Shown here: positions 46,755 to 57,593 of the stretch, one piece after another | Position numbering within the stretch: the stretch's first letter is position 1 | Layout of the letters: each line of letters starts with the position of its first letter | From: Mobula hypostoma | Lineage: Eukaryota | NCBI RefSeq assembly: GCF_963921235.1 | Contig: NW_026948187.1 | Coordinates: forward strand, 7,316,001 to 7,373,593 | DNA: 57,593 nt | Direction of reading: 5' to 3' | Position numbers and translations under genes: made by a program | Notes under the pieces: generated by a model | Seen by the model: the letters and a program-made list of their open reading frames with translations, nothing else | Told to the model about the DNA's origin: nothing | The model's database searches: none

Positions 46755-49100
46755 TTCTGGATGATGGGGTGGTAAACTGGATGAGTCAGTATGCAGATGA
46801 TACTAAGATAAGCAGCGTTGTGGATAATGAAGTAGGTTTTCAAAGCTTGCAGAGAGGTTTAGGCCAGCTAGAAGAGTGGGCTGAAAGATGGCAGATGGAG
46901 TTTAATGCTGATAATAATGTGAGGTGCTACATTTTGGTAGGACGAATCAAAGTCAGACATACATGGTAAATGGTAGGGTATTGAAGAATGCTGTAGAACA
47001 GAGGGATCTGGGAATACTGGTGCATAGTTCCCTGAATGTGGAATCTCATGTGGATAGCGTGGTGAAGAAAGCTTTTGGTATGCTGGCCTTTATTAATCAG
47101 AGCAATGAGTATAGGAATTGGGATGTAATGTTGAAATTGTATAAGGCATTATTAAGGCCAACTTTAGAGAATTGTGTACAGTTCTGGTCACCGAATTATA
47201 GGAAAGATGTCAATAAAATTGAGAGAGTACTCAGGAGATTTACTAAAATGCTGCCTGGGTTTCATCTCCTAAGTTACAGAGAAAGGTTGAACAAGTTGGG
47301 TCTTTATTCTCTGGAGCGTAGAAGGTTGAGGGGGAACTTGACAGAGGTGTTTAAAATTATGAGGGGGGTAGATAGAGTTGACGTGGATAGGCTTTTTCTA
47401 TCGAGAGTGGGGGAGATTCAAACAAGAGGACACGAGTTGAGAGTTAAAGGGCAAAAGTTTAGGGGTAACACGAGGGGGAACTTCTTTACTCAGAGAGTGG
47501 TAGCTGTGTGGAACGAGAAGTGGCTGAGGCAGGTTCGATGTTGTCGTTTAAAGTTAAATTGGACAGATATACGGACAGGAAAGGAATGGAGGGTTATGGG
47601 CTGAGTGCGGGTCGGTGGGACTAGGTGAGAGTAAGAGTTCGACACGGACTAGAAGGGCGAGATGGCCTATTTCTGTGCTGTAATTGTTATATGTTTATAC
47701 GGTTATATTTCCAGCATCCGCAGATTCTCTCTTGTTTGGGATCAAAGTTCAAAGTTCAAAGTGCAAAGCTAATTATATTATTGAAGTACAGGGTGTGTCA
47801 CTATGTGCTATTCAGCAAATCTACACTATAACAAGATCAATGAAAGATCGCCCATAGTGCAGAGGACAAGAGACTGTGCAAATGCAAATGTAAATAAATA
47901 GCAAGAAATAACGAGAACATGAGACAAAGTGTCCTTCAATCTTCTGCCGAGGTTAACTCTGCGGCTGAGAAGGCATACGGTGCATTGGCCTTCATCAATC
48001 GTAGGATTGAGTTCAGGAGCCGAGAGGTAATGTTGCAGCTATATGGGACCCTGGTCAGACTCCACTTGGAGTACTGTGCTCAGTTCTGGTCGCCTCACTA
48101 CAGGAAGGACGTGGAAACCATAGATACTCTTATATTATATTAATATATATTGTCATATATATTAATGATCTGGATGACGGGGTGGTAAATTGGATTAGTA
48201 AGTATGCAGATGATACTAAGATAGCTGCAGTTGTGGATAATGAAGTAGGTTTTCAAAGCTTGCAGAAAGATTTAGGCCAGTTAGAAGAGTGGGCTGAAAG
48301 ATGGCAGATGGAGTTTAATGCTGATAAATGTGAGGTGCTACATTTTGGTAGGACTAATCAAAATAGGACATACATGGTAAATGGTAGGGTATTGAAGAAT
48401 GCAATAGGATAGAGGGATCTAGGAATAATGGTGCATAGTTCCCTGAAGCTGGAATCTCATGTGGATAGGGTGGTGAAGAAAGCTTTCGGTATGCTGGCCT
48501 TTATTAATCACAGCATTGAGTCCAGTAGTTGGGATGTAATGATGAAATTATATAAGGCATTGGTAAGGCCAAATTTGGATTATTACGTACAGTTCTGGTC
48601 ACTGAATTATAGGAAAGATGTCAACAAAATAGAGAGAGTACAAGATTTACAAGAATGTTACCTGGGTTTCATCACCTAAGTTACAGAGAAAGGTTGAACA
48701 AGTTGGGTCTTTATTCTTTGGAGAGTAGAAGGTTGAGGGGGGACTTGATAGAGGTGTTTAAAATTATGAGGGGGATTGATAGAGTTGACGTGGATAGGCT
48801 TTTTCCATTGAGAGTGGGGGAGATTCAAACAAGACGACATGAGTTGAGAGTTAAAGGGCAAAAGTTTAGGGGAAACACGAGGGGGAACTTCTTTACTCAG
48901 AGAGTGGTGGCTGTGTGGAACGAGAAGTGGTCGAGGCAGGTTCGATGTTGTCGTTTAAAGTTAAATTGGACAGCTATATGGACAGGAAAGGAATGGAGGG
49001 TTATGGGCTGAGTGCAGGTCAGTGGGACTAGGTGAGAGTAAGCGTTCGGCACGGACTAGAAGGGCCGAGATGGCCTGTTTCCGTGCTGTAATTGTTATGT
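46755..49100 (+). mobile_element. Composite CR1 block, duplicate of ~13430-16160
   Basis: Same order of CR1, spacer, CR1 fragment and CR1, with the same junction sequences and the shared deletion (tggaacgagaagtgg). Confidence 0.85.
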
Positions 49101-49234
49101 GGTTAAATGGTTTAACTCCGTTTGACGTCCCAGTGAGGAGCGCGTTCATTTCCTGACCTGCCGCCCCCTCTGGTGGTCGGACGGAGGCGTTGTCACCGGC
49201 GGGAGAAGCAAACTGCAATTCGGAACCTATAGTC

Positions 49235-50315
49235 ATACTTTATTGATCCCGGGGGAAATTGGTTTTCGTTACAGTTGTACCATAATTAATAAATAGTAAT
49301 AAAACCATAAATAGTTAAATAGTAACATGTAAATTATGCCAGGAAATAAGTCCAGGACCAGCCTATTGGCTCAGGGTGTCTGACCCTCCAAGGGAGGAGT
49401 TGTAAAGTTTGATGGTCACAGGCAGGAATGACTTCCTATGACGCTCTGTGCTGCATCTCGGTGGAATGAGTCTCTGGCTGAATGTACTCCTGTGCCCACC
49501 CAGTACATTATGTAGTGGATGGGAGACATTGTCCAAGATGGCATGCAACTTAGACAGCATCCTGTTTTCAGACACCACCGTCAGAGAGTCCAGTTCCATC
49601 CCCACAACATCACTGGCCTTACGGATGAGTTGCGAATGAGATCGATATAGGTAGAGAAATAGACAGATAAATAAATAGACAGACTGATAGACAGACAGAT
49701 AAANNNNNNNNNNNNNNNNNNNNNNNNNNNNNNNNNNNNNNNNNNNNNNNNNNNNNNNNNNNNNNNNNNNNNNNNNNNNNNNNNNNNNNNNNNNNNNNNN
49801 NNNNNNNNNNNNNNNNNNNNNNNNNNNNNNNNNNNNNNNNNNNNNNNNNNNNNNNNNNNNNNNNNNNNNNNNNNNNNNNNNNNNNNNNNNNNNNNNNNNN
49901 NNNNNNNNNNNNNNNNNNNNTCCCGAGGGAAACTGGGTTTCGTTACAGTTGCACCAACCAAGAATATAGTATAAATATAGCAATATAAAACCATAAATAA
50001 TTAAATAGTAATATGTAAATTATGCCAGGAAATAAGTCCAGGGCCAGCCTATTGGCTCAGGGTGTCTGACCCTCCAAGGGAGGAGCTGTAAAGTTTGATG
50101 GCCACAGGCAGGAATGACTTCCTATGACGCTCTGTGCTGCATCTCGGTGGAATGAGTCTCTGGCTGAATGTACTCCTGTGCCCACCCAGTACATTATGTA
50201 GTGGATGGGAGACATTGTCCAAGATGGCATGCAACTTAGACAGCATCCTCTTTTCAGACACCGCCGTCAGAGAGTCCAGTTCCATCCCCACAACATCACT
50301 GGCCTTACGGATGAG
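49235..50315 (-). mobile_element. Rex1/Babar LINE 3' end, present twice around an N gap
   Basis: LIRKASDVVGMELDSL...FLPVAIKLYNSSLGGSDTLSQ at both ~49363-49630 and ~50049-50315. Confidence 0.85.
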
Positions 50316-51030
50316 CGTAGGAATGGAGCCTTCCGCCCAACAGCGAGCATCCGCTCCCAACTCTGACACCCCAAGACCTTTACCTTCCTACCCGTGGTAT
50401 TCGATGGTGAACGCTTTCAAATTATCAACCCCGTCTGGGTCTCTCTGCATCTTATTAAAGTCACACCCCTTTTTCCTAACTCTATCATCCTCCCCCCCCC
50501 TCCCTCTCGCCTTCTACCACTTGGCATTCTCTCACCCCACTTTCTTCATGTTTCTCCCTTCCGAACCCTCTCCCTTTTTTACCCCGTTTCTTCCCCTGTA
50601 AATTTTCCTCCCCTTCGCACCATCCCTCTGTCGGCCCCTCTACCCAACACCATTTTTCCCTCCCTGAACCCTTCCGCCACACTTTCGCTCTCTCTACCAC
50701 CCTTGCCACTCTTTCCCTCTCCCTACCTCCACTGCCCCTCCCTCCCTCCCCCGCCCACCCTCCACATACTTCAAACCCCTCGCCAGTTACACTTCCTGAC
50801 CGGATCTCCCACTTCTACCCTCTCCCGAGCCCCTCCTGCCGGGTCTCCTCCTTCCATCTCCTTCCTCGATTCTCTTTCACTCCATCTTTCTTGCCCTCTT
50901 CCCCAACTTCTCTCCCCACACCCTCCCGTCCCTCCCTCTCTCGCATCTCCTTTCTCCTCCTATCCCTCGCTTCTCTCTGTCAATTCTTTCCCTTTCTCCC
51001 ATTATCGTTCCCTCTGGCTGTCCCTCCCAG

Positions 51031-53296
51031 AACATAGAAACATAGAAACATAGAAAATAGGTGCAGGAGTAGGCCATTCGGCCCTTCGAGCCTTCACCGC
51101 CATTTATTATGATCATGGCTGATCATCCAACTCAGAACCCCGCCTCAGCCTTCCCTCCATACCCCCTGATCCCCGTAGCCACAAGGGCCATATCTAACTC
51201 CCTCTTAAATATAGCCCATGAACTGGCCTCTACTGTTTCCTGTGGCAGAGAATTCCACAGATTCACCACTCTCTGTGTGAAGAAGTTTTTCCTCATCTCG
51301 GTCCTAAAAGGCTTCCCCTTTATCCTCAAACTGTGACCCCTTGTTCTGGACTTCCCCAACATCGGGAACAATCTTCCTGCATCTAGCCTGTCCAATCCCA
51401 TTAGGATCTTATACGTTTCAATCAGATCCCCCCTCAATCTTCTAAATTCCAACGAGTACAAGCCCAGTTCATCCAGTCTTTCTTCATATGAAAGTCCTGC
51501 CATCCCAGGAATCAATCTGGTGAACCTTCTTTGTACTCCCTCTATGGCAAAGATGTCTTTCCTCAGATTAGGGGACCAAAACTGCACACAATACTCCAGG
51601 TGTGGTCTCACCAAGGCCTTGTACAACTGCAGTAGTACCTCCCTGCTCCTGTACTCGAATCCTCTCGCTATAAATGCCAGCATACCATTCGCCTTTTTCA
51701 CCGCCTGCTGTACCTGCATGCCCACTTTCAATGACTGGTGTATAATGACACCCAGGTCTCGTTGCACCTCCCCTTTTCATAATCGGCCACCATTCAGATA
51801 ATAATCTGTTTTCCTATTTTTGCCACCAAAGTGGATAACTTCACATTTATCCACATTAAATTGCATCTGCCATGAATTTGCCCACTCACCTAACCTATCC
51901 ATGTCACCCTGCATCCTCTTAGCATCCTCCTCACTGCTAACACTGCCGCCCAGCTTCGTGTCATCCGCAAACTTGGAGATGCTGCATTTAATTCACTCAT
52001 CCAAGTCATTAATATATATTGTAAACAACTGGGGTCCCAGCACTGAGCCTTGCGGTACCCCACTAGTCACCGCCTGCCATTCTGAAAAGGTCCCGTTTAT
52101 TCCCACTCTTTGCTTCCTGTCTGCTAACCAATTCTCCACCCACACCAATACCTTACCCCCTATACCGTGTGCTTTAAGTTTGCACACTAATCTCCTGTGT
52201 GGGATCTTGTCAAAAGCCTTTTGAAAATCCAAATATACCACATCCACTGGTTCTCCCCTATCCACTCTACTAGTTACATCCTCAAAAAAATTCTATGAGA
52301 TTCGTCAGACATCATTTTCCTTTCACAAATCCATGCTGACTTTGTCCGATCATTTCACCGCTTTCCAAATGTGCTGTTATCACATCCTTGATAACTGACT
52401 CCAGCAGTTTCCCCACCACCGACGTTAGGCTCACCGGTCTATAATTCCCTGGTTTCTCTCTCCCTCCTTTTTTTAAAAAGTGGGGTTACATTAGCCACCC
52501 TCCAATCCTCAGGAACTAGTCCAGAATGTAGAGAGTTTTGAAAAATTATCACTAATGCATCCATTATTTCTTGGGCTACTTCCTTAAGCACTCTGGGATG
52601 CAGACCATCTGGCCCTGGGGATTTATCTGCCTTCAATCCCTTCAATTTACCTAACACCACTTTCCTACTAACATGTATTTCCCTCAGTTCCTCCATCTCA
52701 CTGGACCCTCTGTCCCTTACTATTTCTGGAAGATTATTTATGTCCTCCTTAGTGAAGACAGAACCAAAGTAATTATTCAATTGGTCTGCCATGTCCTTGC
52801 TCACCATAATCAATTCACCTGTTTCTGTCTGTAGGGGACCTACATTTGTCTTTACCAGTCTTTTCCTTTTTACATATCTATAAAAGCTTTTACAGTCCGT
52901 TTTTATGTTCCCTGCCAATTTTCTCTCATAATCTTTTTCCCCCTTCCTAATTAAGCCCTTTGTCCTCCTCTGCTGAACTCTGAATTTCTCCCAGTCCTCA
53001 GGTGAGCCACTTTCTCTGGCTAATTTGTATGCTACTTCTTTGGAATTGATACTATCCCTAATTTCTCTTGTCAGCCACGGGTGCACTACCTTCCCTGATT
53101 TATTCTTTTGCCAAACTGGGATGAACAATTGTTGTAGTTCATCCATGCAACCTTTGAATGCTTGCCATTGCATATCCACCGTCAATCCTTTAAGTGTCAT
53201 TTGCCAGTCTATCTTAGCTAATTCACGTCTCATACCTTCAAAGTTACCCCTCTTTAAGTTCAGAACCTTTGTTTCTGAATTAACGATGTCACTCTC
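51031..53296 (-). mobile_element. 2.3-kb CR1 LINE copy (RT region, disrupted)
   Basis: ORFs 52439-53362, 51993-52265 ([27 protein letters not shown]) and 51132-51767; tail (catagaaa)n. Confidence 0.92.
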
Positions 53297-53464
53297 ATAC
53301 CGCACTATATATTCGCTACCCCCCATCCCTCTGCACCTCACTACCACCTCCCCACCCCCCACCCGCCCATACCCAACACTTCGTCCGAATTTAACTCCCC
53401 CCGGAGCTGGTCTGACTTAAATGCTGGAACGTCCCAGTGAGGATGGCGTTCATTTCCTGGTCCG

Positions 53465-53483
53465 CTGCGCCCTCTGGTGGTCG
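53465..53483 (-). promoter_or_regulatory. CTCF-binding consensus motif (paralogues at 49161-49179, 54228-54246, 57354-57372)
   Basis: Minus strand CGACCACCAGAGGGCGCAG matches the CCACCAGRKGGCGC core; the other three copies have G instead of C at core position 15. Confidence 0.55.
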
Positions 53484-53769
53484 AACGAGGCGTTGTCACC
53501 GCCGGGAGAAGCAACCCGCAATATGTGGAATACGGAGCCCATACCGCAGGAACGGAGCCTTCCGACCAAGAATATGTATAGAAACATGTATGTTGTGGTT
53601 CCAACAATAAGCATCCGCTCCCACCTCCTCCACCCGCTAGACCTCAGCCCTCCTTTCCCTGATATTTGACATCTCCAGCCCAGCGGAGAACAATGTCTCA
53701 TTGCCAACCCCCGTATGGGTCTCTCTGCGTCTCGTAAAAGTCACCCACCTCTTTCCCTCCCCGCCTCTC

Positions 53770-54868
53770 TCTGCATTCCGCAGGGATCGCTCCCTACACA
53801 ACTCCCTTGTCCATTCGTCCCCCCCCCCCCCATCCCTCCCCACTGATCTCCCTCCTGGCACTTATCCGTGTAAGCGGAACAAGTGCTACACATGCCCTTA
53901 CACTTCCTCCCATACCACCATTCAGGGCCCCAAACAGTTCTTCCAGGTGAGGCGACACTTCACCTGTGAGTCGACTGGGGTGATATTCTCTATCTCCCTC
54001 TCTCCCCCGTCTCCTTTCTCCCTCTCTCTCCCTTCTCTCTTTCACCCCTTCCCTCTCCGCCATCTTCTTTCCCTCTGTCTCTCCATCCCAGAACACGGCA
54101 CCATTTGTTCGCCAGCGCAAACAACCTCCCACCACCCCTACCACCCGACCCCCCTCCAACAGCCCGTCCGAAAATTTAACCCTCTTGGAGCCGGTCTAAC
54201 CTGCCCGCTTGTTCATTTCCCGGTCTGCTGCCCCCTCTGGTGGCCGAGCGAGGCATTGTCGTCCCGGGGATCAGATCTCCGACCCAGCACTACATTTGCC
54301 TACACGGGGAATTTTAATTCCACGTCCCGTTCCCATTCTGACATGTCTATCCACGGCCTCCTCTACTGTCAAGGTGAAGCCACACTCAGGTTGGGGTAAC
54401 AACACCTTATATTCCGTCTGGGTAGCCTCCAACCTGATGGCATGAACATTGACTTCTCTAACTTCCGCTAATGCCCCACCTCCCCCTCGTACCCCATCCG
54501 TTATTTATTTATATACACACATTCTTTCTCTCGCTCTCCTTTTTCTCCCTCTGTCCCTCTCACTATACCCCTTGCCCATCCTCTGGGTTTTCCCCCCCTC
54601 CCCCTTTTCCCTCTCCCTGGGCCTCCCATCCCATGATCTTTTCATATCCCTTTTATCAATCACCTGTCCAGCTCTTGGCTCCATCCCTCCCCCTCCTGTT
54701 TTCTCCCATCATTTCGGATCTCCCCCTCCCTGTCCCACTTTCAAATCTCTTACTAGCTCTTCCTTCAGTTAGTCCTGACGAAGGGTCTCGGCCCGAAACG
54801 TCGACTGTACCTCTTCCTAGAGATGCTGCCTGGCCTGTTGCGTTCACCAGCAACTTTGATGTGTGTTG
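53770..54868 (+). mobile_element. Penelope-like fragments (53770-53990 and ~54300-54868)
   Basis: PGTYPCKRNKCYTCPYTSS... and HFNS-like/GSLQPDGMNIDF region plus terminal repeat; same family as 4306-5390. Confidence 0.85.
54770..54807 (+). ncRNA. Minimal type I hammerhead ribozyme motif
   Basis: tagtc CTGACGA agggtctcggccc GAAA cGTC gactg, identical to the 4403-4440 copy. Confidence 0.75.
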
Positions 54869-55189
54869 ACTAAGTTCGCCCCCCGCAGCAGCTCCCGGCC
54901 CGCGGCTCTGCCCTTTTCCACCCTGTGACAGACACAGACTCTGACTGTCAACACCGCCTGTGCCTCTCAACGCCGTTAAAAGTCAGCCACCGCTTTCCCC
55001 TAACTCGACTCTCCCTTCGTTCCCCACCTCACCCTCCCTCTCGCCCTCTCCAATCCAAACGCCCACCCCCAGCTCCCGCTCGCCCCGCCCTCGCTCTTTT
55101 TCACTACCCCTTTTCCCATACTTCTCCCTCCCAAACCCTCTCCCCTCTCTCTCCTCCTTTCTTTCAGCCCTCTCTCTCAATGTGAGGTT

Positions 55190-55970
55190 ATCCACTTTGG
55201 TGGCAACAACAGGAAAACAGATTATTATCTGAATGGTGGCCGATTAGGAAAAGGGGAGGTGCAACGAGACCTGGGTGTCATTATACACCAGTCATTGAAA
55301 GTGGGCATGCAGGTACAGCAGGCGGTGAAAAAGGCGAATGGTATGCTGGCATTTATAGCGAGAGGATTCGAGTACAGGAGCAGGGAGGTACTACTGCAGT
55401 TGTACAAGGCCTTGATGAGACCACACCTGGAGTATTTTGTGCAGTTTTGGTCCCCTAATCTGAGGAAAGACATCCTTGCCATAGAGGGAGTACAAAGAAT
55501 GTTCACCAGATTTATTCCTGGGATGGCAGGACTTTCATATGAAGAAAGACTGGATGAACTGGGCTTGTACTCGTTGGAATTTAGAAGATTGAGGGGGGAT
55601 CTGATTGAAACGTATAAGATCCTAAAGGGATTGGACAGGCTAGATGCAGGAAGATTGTTCCCGATGTTGGGGAAGTCCAGAACGAGGGGTCACAGTTTGA
55701 GGATAAAGGGGAAACCTTTTAGGACCGAGATGAGGAAAAACTTCTTCACACAGAGAGTGGTGGATCTGTGGAATTCTCTGCCACAGGAAACAGTTGAGGC
55801 CAGTTCATTGGAGGGAGTTAGATATGGCCCTTGTGGCTACGGGGATCAGGGGGTATGGAGGGAAGGCTGGTACAGGGTTCTGAGTTGGATGATCAGCCAT
55901 GATCGTACTGAATGGGGGTGCAGGCTCGAAGGGCCGAATGGCCTACTCCTGCACCTATTTTCTATGTTTC
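55190..55970 (+). mobile_element. CR1 3' fragment, same subfamily as 51031-53296
   Basis: MQRDLGVIIHQSLKVGMQVQQAVKKANGMLAF...; near-identical to ORF 51132-51767. Confidence 0.9.
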
Positions 55971-56322
55971 TCCGTTTCCTCCCAGTATCCCTTCAAGCCC
56001 CCCGCCCCGGCTCCCATTCTTTCTCTCTCCTTCTGTCCCACCACCTTGCTCTTTTTCACATTCTCAATCTCTCCCTTGCAGATACTCCTTCTCTCGCCTT
56101 TCCCCTCTCTCTCTCTCTCTCTCTCTCTCACTCACTGTCAGTCTCTCAGCTCCCCTTTCTCCTCCCTCCCTCTTTCATTCTTCCTCTGTCTCCCATCACC
56201 TTTCCCTCCTGCCTCTCCCTCCCAGAACACCGCACCATTTACTCGCTACCGCAACCCAACTCCAACGCGCCCCCCCACCCCCACAACAGCCCGTCCGAAT
56301 TTTACCCCCCTAGACCCCGAAC

Positions 56323-57290
56323 TATGTGTCCGACAGAGTGATCAGCAGCACTGGGGCTCCACAGGGGACTGTCTTGTCTCCCTTTCTCTTCACCATTTAC
56401 ACCTCGGACTTCAACTACTGCACAGAGTCTTGTCATCTTCAGAAGTTTTCTGATGACTCTGCCATAGTTGGATGTATCAGCAAGGGAGATGAGGCTGAGT
56501 ACAGGGCTACGGTAGGAAACTTTGTTTCAGGGTGTGAGCAGAATTATCTGCAGCTTAATGTGAAAAAGACTAAGGAGCTGGTGGTAGACCTGAGGAGAGC
56601 TAAGGTACCGGTGACCCCTGTTTCCATCCAGGGGGTCAGTGTGGACATGGTGGAGGATTACAACTACCTGGGGATACGAATTGACAATAAACTGGACTGG
56701 TCAAAGAACACTGAGGCTGTCTACAAGAAGGGTCAGAGCCGTCTCTATTTCCTGAGGAGACTGAGGTCCTTTAACATCTGCCGGACGATGCTGAGGATGT
56801 TCTACGAGTCTGTGGTGGCCAGTGTGATCATGTTTGCTGTTGTGTGCTGGGGCATCAGGCTGAGGGTAGCAGACACCAACAGAATCAACAAACTCATCTG
56901 TAAGGCCAGTGATGTCGTGGGGATGGAACTGGACTCTCTCACGGTGGTGTCTGAAAAGAGGATGCTGTCTAAGTTGCATGCCATCTTGGACAATGTCTCC
57001 CATCCACTACATAATGTACTGGGTGGGCACAGGAGTACATTCAGCCAGAGACTCATTCCACCGAGATGCAGCACAGAGCGTCATAGGAAGTCATTCCTGC
57101 CTGTGGCCATCAAACTTTACAACTCCTCCCTTGGAGGGTCAGACACCCCGAGCCAATAGGCTGGTCCTGGACTTATTTTATGGAATAATTTACATGTTAC
57201 CATTTAACTAGTTATGGTTTTATTACTATTTAATTATTTGTGGTGCAACTGTAACGAAAACCAATTTCCCCCGGGATCAATAGAGTATGA
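56323..57290 (+). mobile_element. Rex1/Babar LINE, 5'-truncated, open RT C-terminal frame
   Basis: ORF 56326-57159: TGAPQGTVLSPFLFTIYTSD...KFSDDSAIVG...YLGIRIDNKLDW...QSRLYFLRRLRSF. Confidence 0.92.
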
Positions 57291-57593
57291 CTGTGACTAA
57301 CTTACCTGCCTGCTGGAACGTCCCAGTGAGGTTGGCGTTCATTTCCTTGCCTGCAGCCCCCTCTGGTGGCCGAACGAGGCGTTGTCAGCGCAGAGAAACA
57401 GCTACAACATCCCCCCCCACCCCACCCCCAGATCTTTATCCTCTGTCCCAAGCAGTTGACATTTCCATCCTCGGGGTGAACCGTATCAAATTATCAACCC
57501 CATCGCTTCACCGCTTGTCCTGAGTCTCTCAGCCCCTCTCCCGCTTTCCCTCCCTCTCGCCATCTCCAATTCCACCCCCCCCGCGCCACACAC

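Overview
Eukaryotic (elasmobranch-like, probably batoid) genomic DNA holding the 3' part of a T-cell receptor beta locus on the + strand. There are seven J-like segments between 1458 and 11442: four look intact, one has a defective RSS heptamer and two look pseudogenic. About 10-12 kb downstream are all four C-beta exons (21590-26493). No V or D segment is visible. As assembled, C exon 1 is 326 nt and frameshifted near its 5' end. The rest is mostly transposon-derived: many CR1 fragments, Rex1/Babar, L1/Tx1, Penelope-like elements with minimal hammerhead ribozymes, tRNA-derived SINEs and Tc1/mariner remnants. It also contains microsatellites, three kinds of tandem array and six N gaps. Downstream of C there is a CRE/ATF site cluster and a TE-interrupted ~0.8-1 kb tandem unit in which each copy carries a same-orientation CTCF-like motif. 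All calls come from manual reading, with no database searches.
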